From: Rebecca billardiae RCC1528
Lineage: Eukaryota; Protista; Haptophyta
Assembly: GCA_965240325.2 (NCBI GenBank)
Contig: OZ251222.1
Location: 1,922,001 to 1,986,000 of the forward strand
Direction of reading: 5' to 3'
DNA length: 64,000 bases
Shown: piece after piece, positions 47,227-58,437 of the stretch
Numbering within the stretch: position 1 is the stretch's first letter
How the letters are laid out: each line of letters begins with the position of its first letter
Position numbers and translations under genes: made by a program
Notes under the pieces: generated by a model
Told to the model about the DNA's origin: nothing
Database searches by the model: none
What the model saw: only the letters and a program-made list of their open reading frames with translations

Positions 47227-48291
47227 GTGGGTTGGTACGTGAGTCGCCGAGTTCAGAGTTGTCGGTCGTGTGATTCGGAGGATGTGAAGGTGAAAAATTG
47301 CGACAGGCTGACGAGCCGCGCGGCGACACGTGATTGGCGGCGAGGCTCGATGAACAACTACAGGTGTGAAGCGACAGAAGCGTTGAGGGGACCAGAATCA
47401 CGAGATTGATATGCAGATCTGGAAGGAAGTCCAAGGGCGGGGAAGGCTTGTCACAGGGAGATATGGAGATTCCATTAATATTGATGATTAAATTCGTTTA
47501 TGCTGTATGGTTTACTACCTTACAATTTTATCGTGCACAATCATGTCGTCATCTTCAGGTGTCGGCCAATCAGCTTTGCTTGGTCAATTCCACGATATGA
47601 TGACAGCGGTTCCCGATCCGAGCATTCGAACTGGCCCAGCATGGAACACAAGAAACGGACGTACGTAGCCTCTTGCTTGCCGTCGTCGGCGGCCCCGATT
47701 GTTATCCGCACTTCTGTGGGGCCTCGGCAGATGCGCGACCAGAATAACCCCATTCCGCCTGCCATACCTGCTAGAGGTGTGCACGTTATCACCTGGGGCT
47801 GAGCGGAGATAGAGCAGAGTGCCTGCGGTCCGATGTGCCTCCCGGCGGAGTGACGGCGTCGTCCTCTGAACTTAAGTCTTTCTGCGCGCAAACTTGCCGG
47901 GCAAGAAACAACAAGTAAACTTGTGCTTGCTGGCTCGAGAGACGAGAAGCGGCCAGGTCTATCGCTGGGAGGGGGATGCAACAACGCCCAAGCCGCAGGA
48001 GTCGCCCCCGTCAATCAGCCGCGCCTTGCGGGTTTGACCCTGTCAAGTTGTCAGACCCGGTAAGTCGTTAGACTGCGGAAACTGACCATTGGTCGCGGTC
48101 GTTCCGAGTCCAGTCCGGCCGTGACAGCGGCCTTCGCTCTGCACCAGAACTCGCTCAGCCTCCTCGGGCCTCCAGCGACTGCACCCTGTTCGCATGGGTG
48201 CCGGTCTGCCGGATGCCACGACGTTCAGAAACGGACAACTCGGAGTCTCGGACTCCGGCGACTCACGAGTCACCACGTCTTCCGGATTCGC

Positions 48292-49410
48292 ATGACGGCA
48301 CCAAGGTATCTCCCCATCGCGCTCGTCGTGGCCAGCGCGCGCTCCGCTCTCGCGTCCATGTCCTCGGCGTCGCTGGGCGCCTCGGCTGCCCTGGCGGCGG
48401 CGAGTGGGGCAGACTCGTCCTCCGCCGCGCCTGGAGGCGTCCCTGCGCCGCCCGGTGCGCGCCGGCCGCTGCGCGCTGTGTTCTCGGACCTCGACGGCAC
48501 GCTGGTGCACTTCTCGTCGTGGTTTGAGGCGCACGGCGTGCGGCTGGTGGAGGGCGCGCAGGGGTCGGGCAACGAGGGCGAGGATCCATTGCGCGCAACA
48601 GTTGAGAATGACGAGGGCGAGCGCCGCGCGTGCCGCGTGCTCCCCCGCTCGACGATGGGCCTCGGCTACGTGTCCGATCGGACGGTCGAGCTCGTCGCCG
48701 ACCTGCGCGAGCGCGGCGTCAAGTTCGTGATCATCACGGCGGCGCGCAAGTCGACGCTGCTCGAGCGGCTGCCGCTGTTGCCCACGGCCGACGTCGCCGT
48801 GTGCGAGTGCGGCACGCGCATCTACTACGGCGGCGAGCTCGACGTGGAGTGGGCGAAACGGTTCGAGCACGTGTCGGGGCCGCTCGAGACGGACGTGCCG
48901 CCGCTCGAGCGCCCCGAGCCGCTGTGGCGCCTGTACAGGGCGATGGTCGAGGCGGGGCTCACCTGCGACTCGCGCTCGTACTGGGGCTGCTTCCGCGTCG
49001 ACACCAAGGACGACCCGGCCGCGGCGCAGAAGGTGGAGCAGTTCCGCTCGCAAATGTCCACCGAGATTTCGTCCTCGATGAATCTGGGCAAGTACGACTT
49101 CTACCCGGCGATGTGCGGGAAGGGGAACGCTGTGCGCTACCTGCAGCAGAAGCTCGGCGTCGCGCGCGAGGAATCCGCGGCGCTGTTCGATGACGACAAC
49201 GACCTGCCCATGGCCGAGGCGTGCGCCTGGCAGCTGCTGCCCGCCCTCACATCGGATTCGATCGTCGCAGCCGTGCGCGCGCACCCGGAGTGGCGCGTGG
49301 CGAAGCGGTGCGGGCAAGGGGTGTTCGCCATCGAGGAGCTGCTCGAGACGCTCAGCGGACAGGCTGCCAGCGAGACGCCCGCGCCCGCTGGCGGGATCCG
49401 TGCAACATGA
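48292..49410 (+). CDS. HAD-superfamily IIB (sucrose-phosphatase/Cof-like) hydrolase with N-terminal targeting peptide
   Basis: Motif I VFSDLDGT, motif II IITAAR, VCECGTRIY, motif III GKGNA, motif IV FDDDNDLPM. Confidence 0.85.
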   Translation: MTAPRYLPIALVVASARSALASMSSASLGASAALAAASGADSSSAAPGGVPAPPGARRPLRAVFSDLDGTLVHFSSWFEAHGVRLVEGAQGSGNEGEDPLRATVENDEGERRACRVLPRSTMGLGYVSDRTVELVADLRERGVKFVIITAARKSTLLERLPLLPTADVAVCECGTRIYYGGELDVEWAKRFEHVSGPLETDVPPLERPEPLWRLYRAMVEAGLTCDSRSYWGCFRVDTKDDPAAAQKVEQFRSQMSTEISSSMNLGKYDFYPAMCGKGNAVRYLQQKLGVAREESAALFDDDNDLPMAEACAWQLLPALTSDSIVAAVRAHPEWRVAKRCGQGVFAIEELLETLSGQAASETPAPAGGIRAT

Positions 49411-50027
49411 GAATCCTAAACGTCGCACGTGCTCGTTGGACAGACCGTGTCAATGGGACCGCGTGATCGCGCGCGGCGCCCGGAGCACAGACTCGAGCAC
49501 GATTGTCAGCCTGAGCAGTGCCCGCATACAGACAGGCACTATAGCACCGGAAGGTGAGACTATTAAGGCCAGAGGGGCAGGCGGCAGGGCTCTCCCGCTC
49601 GGCAATCTCTCTCGAAGCCGTCTCACCCGCGAGTCGGGGCCCGACGGCCGCGGGCGCGGAGCGGGAGCGGCGGCCGGCCGGCCGCCGGAGCGGAATTGCC
49701 GGACAGTAGTCTTAGAGTAGTCTGATGACGCAGACGATACTCATGATTCTATCTGATGATTTATAACGACACAGGTAGGACGACGCGGGTCTACTGATTC
49801 GTCGGCGGCAGTGCCCGATCGTCGACACGAAGTCGGCGTTGGTGGCAGAGCATAGCCTGCACCGCGATCGTATTAAATTATCGGCCTGATTGAGCTGCTG
49901 AAGCGCGATCCAACCCGCGGGCGGCCGGCCTATTTTTGGTGTTTTTCGCCGACGACAAAAATAAGCCTCGATATTTTGTCTCGCCGCGCCGCCGCAAGTC
50001 CGCCGATCGCCGCGCTGGTGACCACCA

Positions 50028-50366
50028 ATGCAGCCCCAGCAGCAGCCACAATCGGGCGGCGGTGGTGGGGCAGGCGGCTTCTTGGGCAACATCGGCAGAA
50101 AGCTGTCGACTGGTGCCGATGTTGCGCAGCGCACCGTCAAGGCACAGGCGCTCAAGGCCGAGATCCTGATGAAGGAGGGCACGGTCAAAGGCGTGAAGCA
50201 GGAGATGGGCATCAACATCTATGCGCCCCTGGAGACTGGAGACCAGGCAGAGGTGGCGCGAATCTTCAACGAGTTCAAGGTGAAGGTGGACGCGATCAAC
50301 GCCGAAATCGCCGCCAAGAGGATGGAGATCGCCGAGCTGGAAAAGGCCGGCGCGACACCAGCGTGA
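50028..50366 (+). CDS. Small coiled-coil hypothetical protein
   Basis: ATG-TGA ORF with coding-like codon use and an amphipathic helical sequence, downstream of an AT-rich promoter-like gap. Confidence 0.65.
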   Translation: MQPQQQPQSGGGGGAGGFLGNIGRKLSTGADVAQRTVKAQALKAEILMKEGTVKGVKQEMGINIYAPLETGDQAEVARIFNEFKVKVDAINAEIAAKRMEIAELEKAGATPA

Positions 50367-51149
50367 TCGCCGTTGTACTTGCAGTGCATGGTCCTGTCTC
50401 GAGGCACCACGAGGGCACATCTTGGCTGCCCGAGCGGTGCGGTGGCCTGGAGGTGGCCCCAGACTCTCCGCATATCGACCGCCAGGCTCTTGCGTATCAG
50501 CTCTTGCGTCTCGACTGTCAAACATCATCGCTGTCGAGACGCGGCCGCTGCGACCGAGTGTCAGCCGGAGTGATGACGAGTACGCTTTGGCCCTCCGGTC
50601 AGCGGCCATCTCACCTTTGCGACTCTCGAGTACGCGGTCAGGGTCCGACGGCAGTAGTGTCACTCAACAGCAGTGGCGACTGGGCAGACCGCAGTGCAGG
50701 CGGCGATGCCGCTCTCGAAGACTCGAACCATGTCCGCCGTTTAGGCCGTACAGTGGCGCCGTTAGACTCCGAGACAATGCCCGTGATCGACTGAGTGAGA
50801 CTGCCCCGGTGCGCGGCGGCCCACGGTGACCGGAAGAGTCCGGGGGTGAGCCACGGTGGCCCGTGCCCGCCGTGGTCGCCGGCGCCGTGGCGGCAGGCGC
50901 CGCACTGCGCCGCAGGCGGGTCAAATTATTACGACGACGGTAGACTGGCATCGGTACAGTAGTTAGGCATCAATGACAATGTAGCTAGCTAGTCATACGC
51001 CATACGGCATCATGCGCTTTGACGGCTTTGAGTTTGAGTCCGCGCGCGTCACTGCTCGGACTGACGGGCGAGGCTCGGTCCACGTTGTTCACTACTATAG
51101 CTGTGCCTGTATTACACTGAGCGTCTAAACTGTAGTATATATAGTTATA

Positions 51150-51170
51150 CTATATATATATATATATATA
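51150..51170. repeat. Short (TA)n microsatellite
   Basis: tatatatata run between convergent genes. Confidence 0.85.
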
Positions 51171-51428
51171 CGCCGTGGCACTGGACGGACCTGAGACTTG
51201 AGAGTGAGTGAGACTGCTGATGACTGACTGGACACCGTTGGTTGATAATGCTAATAGTATTAATTTATAAGTTGTTTTTTCTGAAAAACAGCAGACCAGC
51301 AGTGGGCGCCGCCGCGCCGGTCCTCGGATTGCCGTGGGCGCCGCACTGATGACCAATCGATGGCAGGCAAAATAATGGGCCATGGGCGCAATGCCGCTCG
51401 AGTGTCATCAGCCGCTGTCGTCGCGTAG

Positions 51429-53768
51429 TCAGACTGCGAGTCCTGGTAGAGGGGGGGCACCGGGGGGCCCACGGCCCGGCCGCGGCCGCGGCTGACCATC
51501 CGAAGACGAATCGTACTGACGGCGAGCGCTCGTGTAGCCTGTGGGACTCCTGGCAGTCGCATCGGTGAGAAGCTGCTCGACCGCGCGCGGCAGATCGCCC
51601 GCTGCGTCGAGAAGCGCACGGACGGCGTCCGCCTCGGCAAAGCCCATGCCCACCAGGGATGCCAAGTCCACGCTGTCGACGTGCCCATCTCCATCGTCGT
51701 GGCGGCGGCCGCCGCGCACCTCGGCGGTCGGCGACATGGCCAGATTGACGTGCGCCGGCGACGCCGGCTGGCTGCTGGCCGCGAAGAAGCGGTGGATGCC
51801 CCCGCTCTCGCGCCGGGCGGGCTGTGCTGAGCGCGCACGCTGCTCGGCAGCGCACGCGTGCTTCCGCACCGGCTGCTTCCCCGCCGCGCCGGCCGCCCTC
51901 AGCTCCGCGCGCACCTCGGCAGCAACCACGTCCGGCAGCTCGGCGAGCACGGCTGGGTCCACCTCCGCCTCCGCAAGCCGCACGTACTTGGCCGCGCGCG
52001 TGGGCGTGCTCGGGAGGGAGGCGTCGGCGGTGCGGCGCGCGCTCGGCCCGTCGCGCGCCGGGCTGCCCGCGCGCGCGCTTCTGCGCTCGTCCTCCGCGCC
52101 GCCGTCCTCCCCGTCCTCCTCCTCCGCCATCCCCTCCGCGTCCGCGGTGTCGCCCGTGTCGCGCCGCAGGAAGTGAGCTATGGACAGCTGCCTGTCGTCG
52201 TGCGCGCAGCGACCGTCCGCGTCGGCGTCGGCGCGCTCGAGCTTGGTGGCGCGCACGCCCATCAGCCTGAGCCGCAGTGGCCGTGCCTCTGCCCGCGCGC
52301 GCTCGAGCTCGCGCTCGAGCAGCGCACCGGCGCGCGCATACAGCTCGTCGGCCGTGCGCGCCGGCTCGCCGGTCGAGTCGCGCGTGTGCACATCAAACTC
52401 ATCGGTCTTGAGCTTGATCGTGACGGTGCGCGCGCGGGCGCCGACGCCATCGGTGCCGGAGCAGGCGGCGAGGTCGTCGGCGAGCTTCGTCGTGAGCCAC
52501 CTGAGGGTCGAGCCGAGCGCGGCGGCGTCCGCCGTCGCGCGGAACGTGCGCTCGACGGACATGCCCTTCTGCGCAGGCACGCCACGCGCGGCCGTCGCGG
52601 CCTCTGCGGGCGCGTCGTCGCGGCCGTCCGCCCAGCCGAGCGACGCGCGCAGGAGGAAGTCTGCGCTGACCGGGCTGAAGACGGCGGCGATGTCGACGGC
52701 GGCCTGCCGGAGCTCGCCGCACGTGCGCACGCCGAGCGCGCCGCCGAGCACCTTCTCCTGCACGCGGCCGATCCCGCCGATCTTGCGCACCGGCAGCGGC
52801 GACAGGAAGTTGAGAATCTCCTCGCGCGACGGCTGGCAGCCATACTGCCCGTTGGGCTTGCGCTGGTCGGCGCACACCTTGGCGAGGAGGAAGTTGGGCG
52901 CGAGCCCGGCCGAGACGGTCAGGCCGCCGGTGGCGTCGCACACGCGCGCGCGGATCTCCTGGACTACCGACTCCGCCAGCGCAAAGCGCCGCGCGATACA
53001 GGCGGCGTCCGCGGGCTCGCCGCCGCTCTCCCCATCACCCTCGCCCTCGCCCTCGCCGCCGCGCTCGCCGCCCGCACCGTCCGCGATGACGTCATCGCGA
53101 GCGAGCGCGTGGCTGCCGAGCCGCTCGCGCCGGGCCACGTACCGCGTGAGGTCCAGGTACGCCTCGTCCAGGGAGTAGGAGCGCATCTGCGCGTCGTACT
53201 CGCGGAAGATGGCGCGCGCGACGGCCGCGACCGCCGTGTACTTTCCAAAGTCAGGCCGCACGAAGACGAGCTCGGCGGCGGGCATGCCGAACTCGGGGCC
53301 GCGCCTGCACAGCTCCTGGCCGACAAAGCCGGGCATCGCCGAGCGCACGCCCCACCGCCTCGCCACGTAGTTCGCCGTGGAGATCATGCCGATGCCGCCG
53401 ACTGCCACCGGCTTGCTAGCGAGCTCTGGACGGTCGCGGATCTCGACTGCCGCGTAGAACATGTCAAAGTCGATCACGGCGCACGCGCGGTCGAGGCGCC
53501 GCGTGTGCTCGAGCTCGGCCACCCGCTCATCCACCCGCCGCCGCAGCGCGTTCACCGAGGCGCGGTCCAGCTCGGCGCGCGTGCGGCAGAGCGCCTTGAT
53601 GCGCCCCTCCACCTTCGCATCCTGCTTGAGCTGGCGGCGCGTGTACGCGCTCTCGCCGCTCGTTGCGAGAATGATGCGATTGATCGCCTCCTTGTCGATG
53701 CCCGCCATGCCACCCTTCTCGTTCGCGAAGACGTAGATGGACTTGGCTCGCTCCTCCGCCGACGACAT
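51429..53768 (-). CDS. POLK: DNA polymerase kappa (Y-family, DinB)
   Basis: N-clasp KGGMAGIDKEAINRII, DFDMFYAAVE, STANYVARRWGVRSAMP, SLDEAYLD, KPNGQ, PVRKIGGIG, KGMSVERTF, RTVTIKLK, LRLMGVR. Confidence 0.95.
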   Translation of the reverse strand: MSSAEERAKSIYVFANEKGGMAGIDKEAINRIILATSGESAYTRRQLKQDAKVEGRIKALCRTRAELDRASVNALRRRVDERVAELEHTRRLDRACAVIDFDMFYAAVEIRDRPELASKPVAVGGIGMISTANYVARRWGVRSAMPGFVGQELCRRGPEFGMPAAELVFVRPDFGKYTAVAAVARAIFREYDAQMRSYSLDEAYLDLTRYVARRERLGSHALARDDVIADGAGGERGGEGEGEGDGESGGEPADAACIARRFALAESVVQEIRARVCDATGGLTVSAGLAPNFLLAKVCADQRKPNGQYGCQPSREEILNFLSPLPVRKIGGIGRVQEKVLGGALGVRTCGELRQAAVDIAAVFSPVSADFLLRASLGWADGRDDAPAEAATAARGVPAQKGMSVERTFRATADAAALGSTLRWLTTKLADDLAACSGTDGVGARARTVTIKLKTDEFDVHTRDSTGEPARTADELYARAGALLERELERARAEARPLRLRLMGVRATKLERADADADGRCAHDDRQLSIAHFLRRDTGDTADAEGMAEEEDGEDGGAEDERRSARAGSPARDGPSARRTADASLPSTPTRAAKYVRLAEAEVDPAVLAELPDVVAAEVRAELRAAGAAGKQPVRKHACAAEQRARSAQPARRESGGIHRFFAASSQPASPAHVNLAMSPTAEVRGGRRHDDGDGHVDSVDLASLVGMGFAEADAVRALLDAAGDLPRAVEQLLTDATARSPTGYTSARRQYDSSSDGQPRPRPGRGPPGAPPLPGLAV

Positions 53769-53979
53769 GATCGCGGGGGGGTGGGGAACGCGCGACCGTT
53801 CACCTCCGCGTGAGCTAGCCGAAATGAAAACTCAAAACCACGACGGCCAATGCTGACTGCAAATAAAAAGAGCAGGCTCGCCGGTCCTGCACTCTCAACT
53901 CCTGCGTCGAGACGAGCAGAGCACGCTCGCATTCGCGCCCGCCCGCGGCCCCGCGCGGGTCCAGGACGACTACCGCGTC

Positions 53980-55053
53980 ATGCCGCCGCGTGCCACCGCC
54001 GCGCTCATCTACGCCATCGCGGGCGTGTGCGCATGCAGTGCGGCCCAGCTGCTGCCTGCATGCCGCTCTGTCTCCTCGGCGCGCGCCCCCACTCGTGGCT
54101 CGCGCGTACAAAATGTGCATGCCTCGGACCGTGGGCCATCCGAGGCGGACGACATGCGCGCTCAGCTCACGCGCGTGCGCGAGGAGACCATCGGGGCGGC
54201 CAGGCAGAGCCTAGTCCAGGCAGCAATGGGTCGCCTGGAGGGCCTTCTCCTCTCGAAGGAGCGGCAGCTCGACGACCAGGCCTCCGAGCTGGCCCGCACC
54301 AAGACCGAGGTTGTCGCTCTGCAGACGCGTGCCGAGGCTGCTGAGGCGCGCACGGCGAGCGTCCAGGCTGAAGCAGATGCGCAGATCTCGCAGCTGCGGA
54401 GTCGTGAGCAGGAGCTGGCGCGTGAGCTCGAAACCGAGCGTCGCACGGCTGACGAGCGCAGCCGCGCCCTCACGGCACTCGAGGCGCGCTCGGACGAGCA
54501 ACTGCGCAAGGCGGAGGCACGCGCGGCCGAGCTCGAGGCTGAGCTGGAGCGCGTGCGCATCTCGGAGCAGGACGCCCTGGGCCGGCTGAACGTGGTCGAC
54601 TTTGCGCGCAAGCGGCTCGAGAGCGAGCTCGCGCAGGCGACCTCCGGCCTGGACGAGATGCGCAAGCGGGTCCAGGCGCTGCTGGGCGCGAAGACGGACG
54701 CAGAGGACGCGCTCGAGCACGCGCAGGACGAGGCGAGCCGCGAGGCGAAGCGCGCCAGGTCGGCTGAGGACGCGGCCAAGCGCGCGGAGCGTGCGGGGTC
54801 GGACGCAAAGGAGGCCGTCAAGACGCTGCGCGTGCAGCTGCGGGAACGAGAGGCTGCGGCGGAGGCCATGGAGACCGAGCTGAACCTGACGCGCGTGGAC
54901 CTGGCGCGCGCCGAGTCGGAGCGCTGGCCAGCTGAGTGGATCGCTCGGCGCGCCGAGACGAACGCCGAAATCGCTGAGAATCGAGGCCGTGCCGGACGCG
55001 CTCTGCGGCGGGTGCGGAAGGTCGTCCTGTCGCCGTTCCGGCGCTCGAGCTGA
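53980..55053 (+). CDS. Coiled-coil protein with N-terminal signal peptide
   Basis: Hydrophobic ALIYAIAGVCA followed by long E/R/A/L heptads. Confidence 0.7.
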   Translation: MPPRATAALIYAIAGVCACSAAQLLPACRSVSSARAPTRGSRVQNVHASDRGPSEADDMRAQLTRVREETIGAARQSLVQAAMGRLEGLLLSKERQLDDQASELARTKTEVVALQTRAEAAEARTASVQAEADAQISQLRSREQELARELETERRTADERSRALTALEARSDEQLRKAEARAAELEAELERVRISEQDALGRLNVVDFARKRLESELAQATSGLDEMRKRVQALLGAKTDAEDALEHAQDEASREAKRARSAEDAAKRAERAGSDAKEAVKTLRVQLREREAAAEAMETELNLTRVDLARAESERWPAEWIARRAETNAEIAENRGRAGRALRRVRKVVLSPFRRSS

Positions 55054-55492
55054 CTGGCGCAGAGTGACTGAGCTCACTGAGCAGCCTGCTGCTGTGCACC
55101 CGAAAAAGTCACAGTCAACGGCGCCGTCATCGTCGGCGCGCGCAGCGTGCGAACCGTGCGAGTGCGAAGTGCGAGTGCGGAGGCAGCGCCAGCGGTCAGC
55201 GGAGTGAGACTGGACGACTAGAAATTCTATTATCCGCTGCTACTATTAAGCCGATTATAAGGTCGCGCGCGCGCGCGGCCGGGTGCCGGGTGGCATCTGG
55301 CGGGTTGCCAGCCTCGGATATCCCAGGACAATGTCAGGCTGCGATATCCGGCGCCATGGTCATGTGATATGCCCACCTCGCCCACGGCTCGGGCGCCTGG
55401 CAGCTCGATAGCCAATGCCATCCGCGTACTGTAGATCACGGCACGCAGCTCTGACGAAGTTGGGACCGCGGGCCCGAGACCACCCTTGCTGC

Positions 55493-56161
55493 TCACATCA
55501 TCGGGCGCGGAGGTGGGCCGCCGCGCTTTTTCTGCTGATCCTTCATCTCCTTGATCCGCTTGAGCTTGGTCAGCTTCTTCAGGTGCGCTTGCCGCTCCTC
55601 CTCGCGGCTGATCAGGCTGTACAGGTTACCCACCTGGCTCTCACGGTCGCGCGCGACCTCCACGCCAGCGGCTTCGAAGAGTGCGCGCGCACGCTGCACC
55701 TCCTCTCTCGCGCGGCCATACTCCTTGGCGTTGAACAGACGCAGTGCCTCCTGAAGGACATCGTCGCCTTCCAGCCGAGCATAGACGGTTGCTGCGCCCG
55801 GGGAATTTGCAGCCGCCGTGCGAGCGGCGGCGGTGGCGGCGACGGCGGCAGCGCTCCGTGCAGCGTCGATGCGGGAGGCGATCTCGTCGAGAAGTGCGAC
55901 CTGTGAGTCCGTCGGACCGCCACTAACTGCGTACGCTCTCCTTGCTGCCTGCAACGACGACTCCGCCTCGTCGAGATCGCCAGCTCGCAGCTTGCTGACC
56001 GCCTCGAGTGCCCTGCGGTCGGCAGGACTGGGCTCGCTCGATGCCGTGACGCAGGCCCGGGCGCGTGTCGGCGTGAGCATGCCACCTGATGGCCGCACGC
56101 GCGGGACTGAGTGCGCCAGTGACACGCCCAACAAACTCGCGGCCAGCACGACGCGCATCAT
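55493..56161 (-). CDS. Alpha-helical (TPR-like) protein with probable bipartite plastid targeting
   Basis: MMRVVLAASLLGVSLA signal peptide plus Ser/Arg-rich transit-like segment. Two helical repeats (LRAGDLDEAESSLQAARRAY; FNAKEYGRAREEVQRARALF). Confidence 0.65.
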   Translation of the reverse strand: MMRVVLAASLLGVSLAHSVPRVRPSGGMLTPTRARACVTASSEPSPADRRALEAVSKLRAGDLDEAESSLQAARRAYAVSGGPTDSQVALLDEIASRIDAARSAAAVAATAAARTAAANSPGAATVYARLEGDDVLQEALRLFNAKEYGRAREEVQRARALFEAAGVEVARDRESQVGNLYSLISREEERQAHLKKLTKLKRIKEMKDQQKKRGGPPPRPMM

Positions 56162-56371
56162 TCTCGCCACGAGTGAGCGGCGGCGGCGGTAGCAGGGCTG
56201 ACGGACGACCCCGATGCACGCCACGCACAGCCGCACAGGAACCAGCGCGAGCTGCACAGCAGGAAGCCCAGCTCGCGCCGGCAGTGGTTGGATGACCGCT
56301 GCGCACCCTGAACCCGCACGGCCTTCAACCTTGGCTGCAGCGCGATCACCCCCCCGCGCCGAGACGGCACG

Positions 56372-58028
56372 ATGCGGGTCGCGACGTGGAATGTGGCTGC
56401 CATCAACAACAACCCGTTCGAGTACTGGGCTTCGCATCCCGACCCCGAGTACACGCGCGTCATGCAAGCCGTCGAGCGCTTCGTCGTTGAGCCGGGCGCC
56501 GATGACATACCGGTCAATCACGTCTTCACCGACGCCATGTTTGATGCGCTCAAGGCGCGCATGGCTTCCGAGGGATGGGCGGGCCTGGACGTGACAGAAG
56601 CGCGCTGGCGAGCAGATCTGCGCGAGCGCACCGTTGTCAGCGGCTTCCTCACCGACGGCACGCTCGGCAAGAAGCGGCTCGCGTCGATGCCCGATCGGTT
56701 CACCAACACGATCGTGTGCGCGGACGGCAAGTCGGTGCCGCGCCCGTCTGTGATCAACAGCTTCACCGAAGAGCTGCGCGACATGGCGGCGTGGTGGTCG
56801 CGCTGGCTGTCCTTCATGTTCGACGAGCCGCTGCCGATCCCCACCAAGGACGGCTCCGCCGCCAGCAAGCGGCCGGTTGAGCTGCTCGTGCCGATCAAGC
56901 GGGCCAAGTACCCGGATGTGACCGAGGAGGAGGAGGCGGCGTCCCTCCCGCTGCAGACGGTGTGCCTGGCGATCTTCGACGCGGTGCTGCTGCACCTGAT
57001 GAGCACCGTCGCGCCGACCACCTGGCAGCCGCTCAAGAAGGAGCTCGTCGACGCGCTCGTCACGCGCAAGCAGGAGCGCACTCTCGAGATCATCCGCTCG
57101 CACTTCCACAGCACCGACGTGCTGTGCGTGCAGGAGGCGTCGACGGAGCTCGCGCGCGCCATCGAGGAGCAGGTCGCGCCGGGGCGCTTCGTGGTCGTCC
57201 CGTCGAGCGCCGACCCCACGCGCGGGCAGAACTCGCTGCTCGTGCTCTCCGCGGCCACGTTTGACAAGTCGAGCGTCGCCGAGCTGACGCAGCCTGTGCT
57301 GGACAAGCTGGCCGCAGCCGGCCACGCGGGCGCTCTGGCGGCGGGCGACCTGCTGGCGGTGACCGTGTGCGCCGAGGGCCAGCCGAGCGAGCAGTTCCTG
57401 CTGGCGTCCTTCCACGGCGACACGAATGGGCTGCAGACCGCGCCGGTCGTCACAGCGCTGCACGCGCAGTGCGCCGCGGCCAGCGCGGAGGGCGGGCGCT
57501 TGCGGCTGATCGCTGGCATCGATGCCAACACGTACCTGGACCCCGACGGCACGGTGGCGAAGGCGGGCAAGTTCTACTCGGTGGTCAAGTTCACGCAGGA
57601 CCTGCGCGAGCTCGGGCTGCGCACGTGCTGGTCCCCGAGCGTGCCGTGGAGCGACTGCATCACCACGTACAACGCTCGCACGCACCTGCAGCCGCAGCTG
57701 AACAAGGCGTGCCGATTCCGTGAGATCTCGCTCAAGGGCGACATCAACCCCAAAGTGCGCGGCGCGCGGCCGCCGCGCGAGCGGCGCGTGCCTCGCGGCG
57801 CCACCGGGCGCATCGCTCGCGCGCGCCGCGCCTGAAGCGCCCGTGCCGCGGGTGCCGCGCCCGCAGGATCACATCATCTTTGCGGCGCACGACTTCTCGC
57901 CTTCCAACGTGTCCCGCGACAACACTGGCGAAGGCATCTACGTGGCGGCAGCGGTGCTGCCCGCCATCCGCTTCCCATCGGATCACTGCTGCGTCTCGGC
58001 CCGTCTAGACACACCGGGCAGCAGCTGA
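56372..58028 (+). CDS. Endonuclease/exonuclease/phosphatase (EEP) fold protein; exons 56372-57754, 57867-58028
   Basis: MRVATWNV, DVLCVQE, SFHG, GIDAN, spliced NPK|DHIIF, FPSDH. Intron 57755-57866 is GTGCGC...CGCAG. Confidence 0.85.
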
Positions 58029-58437
58029 ACACGCCGGATTCTCCTCTTTGGCAAGGCCATCCCCATCGTCACCAAACATTGTCGCGCGGTGCGCCCCCCG
58101 AGTTTTGCCAGAATCAGGGGTGTCCAGGAAGCCTCCCCCACCACGCTCTAGGGGCACCTAGAGCGGGGGCACCTTAGATTCCTGGCTGAGCGGTCTTTTA
58201 CCCATCTGTAGGGACACTTCCGGAAGGTACCTGGAGCGGTGGTTGTGACCTATGCGCAATGATGCGTGCCGACTCGTATAGATATCCATACGCAACGACA
58301 GCGATCCGTCCAGTACGACGAGAGTGGATCTGATACTGCCAGAAGACAGGAGTAGACAGGCGCCGCGTGGCTGCGGCGCAGCCGCCGCGCGCCGGTCGTG
58401 CGGCGGCCAGTGGCGCGGCCGGGAGGAGCCCCCCCCC

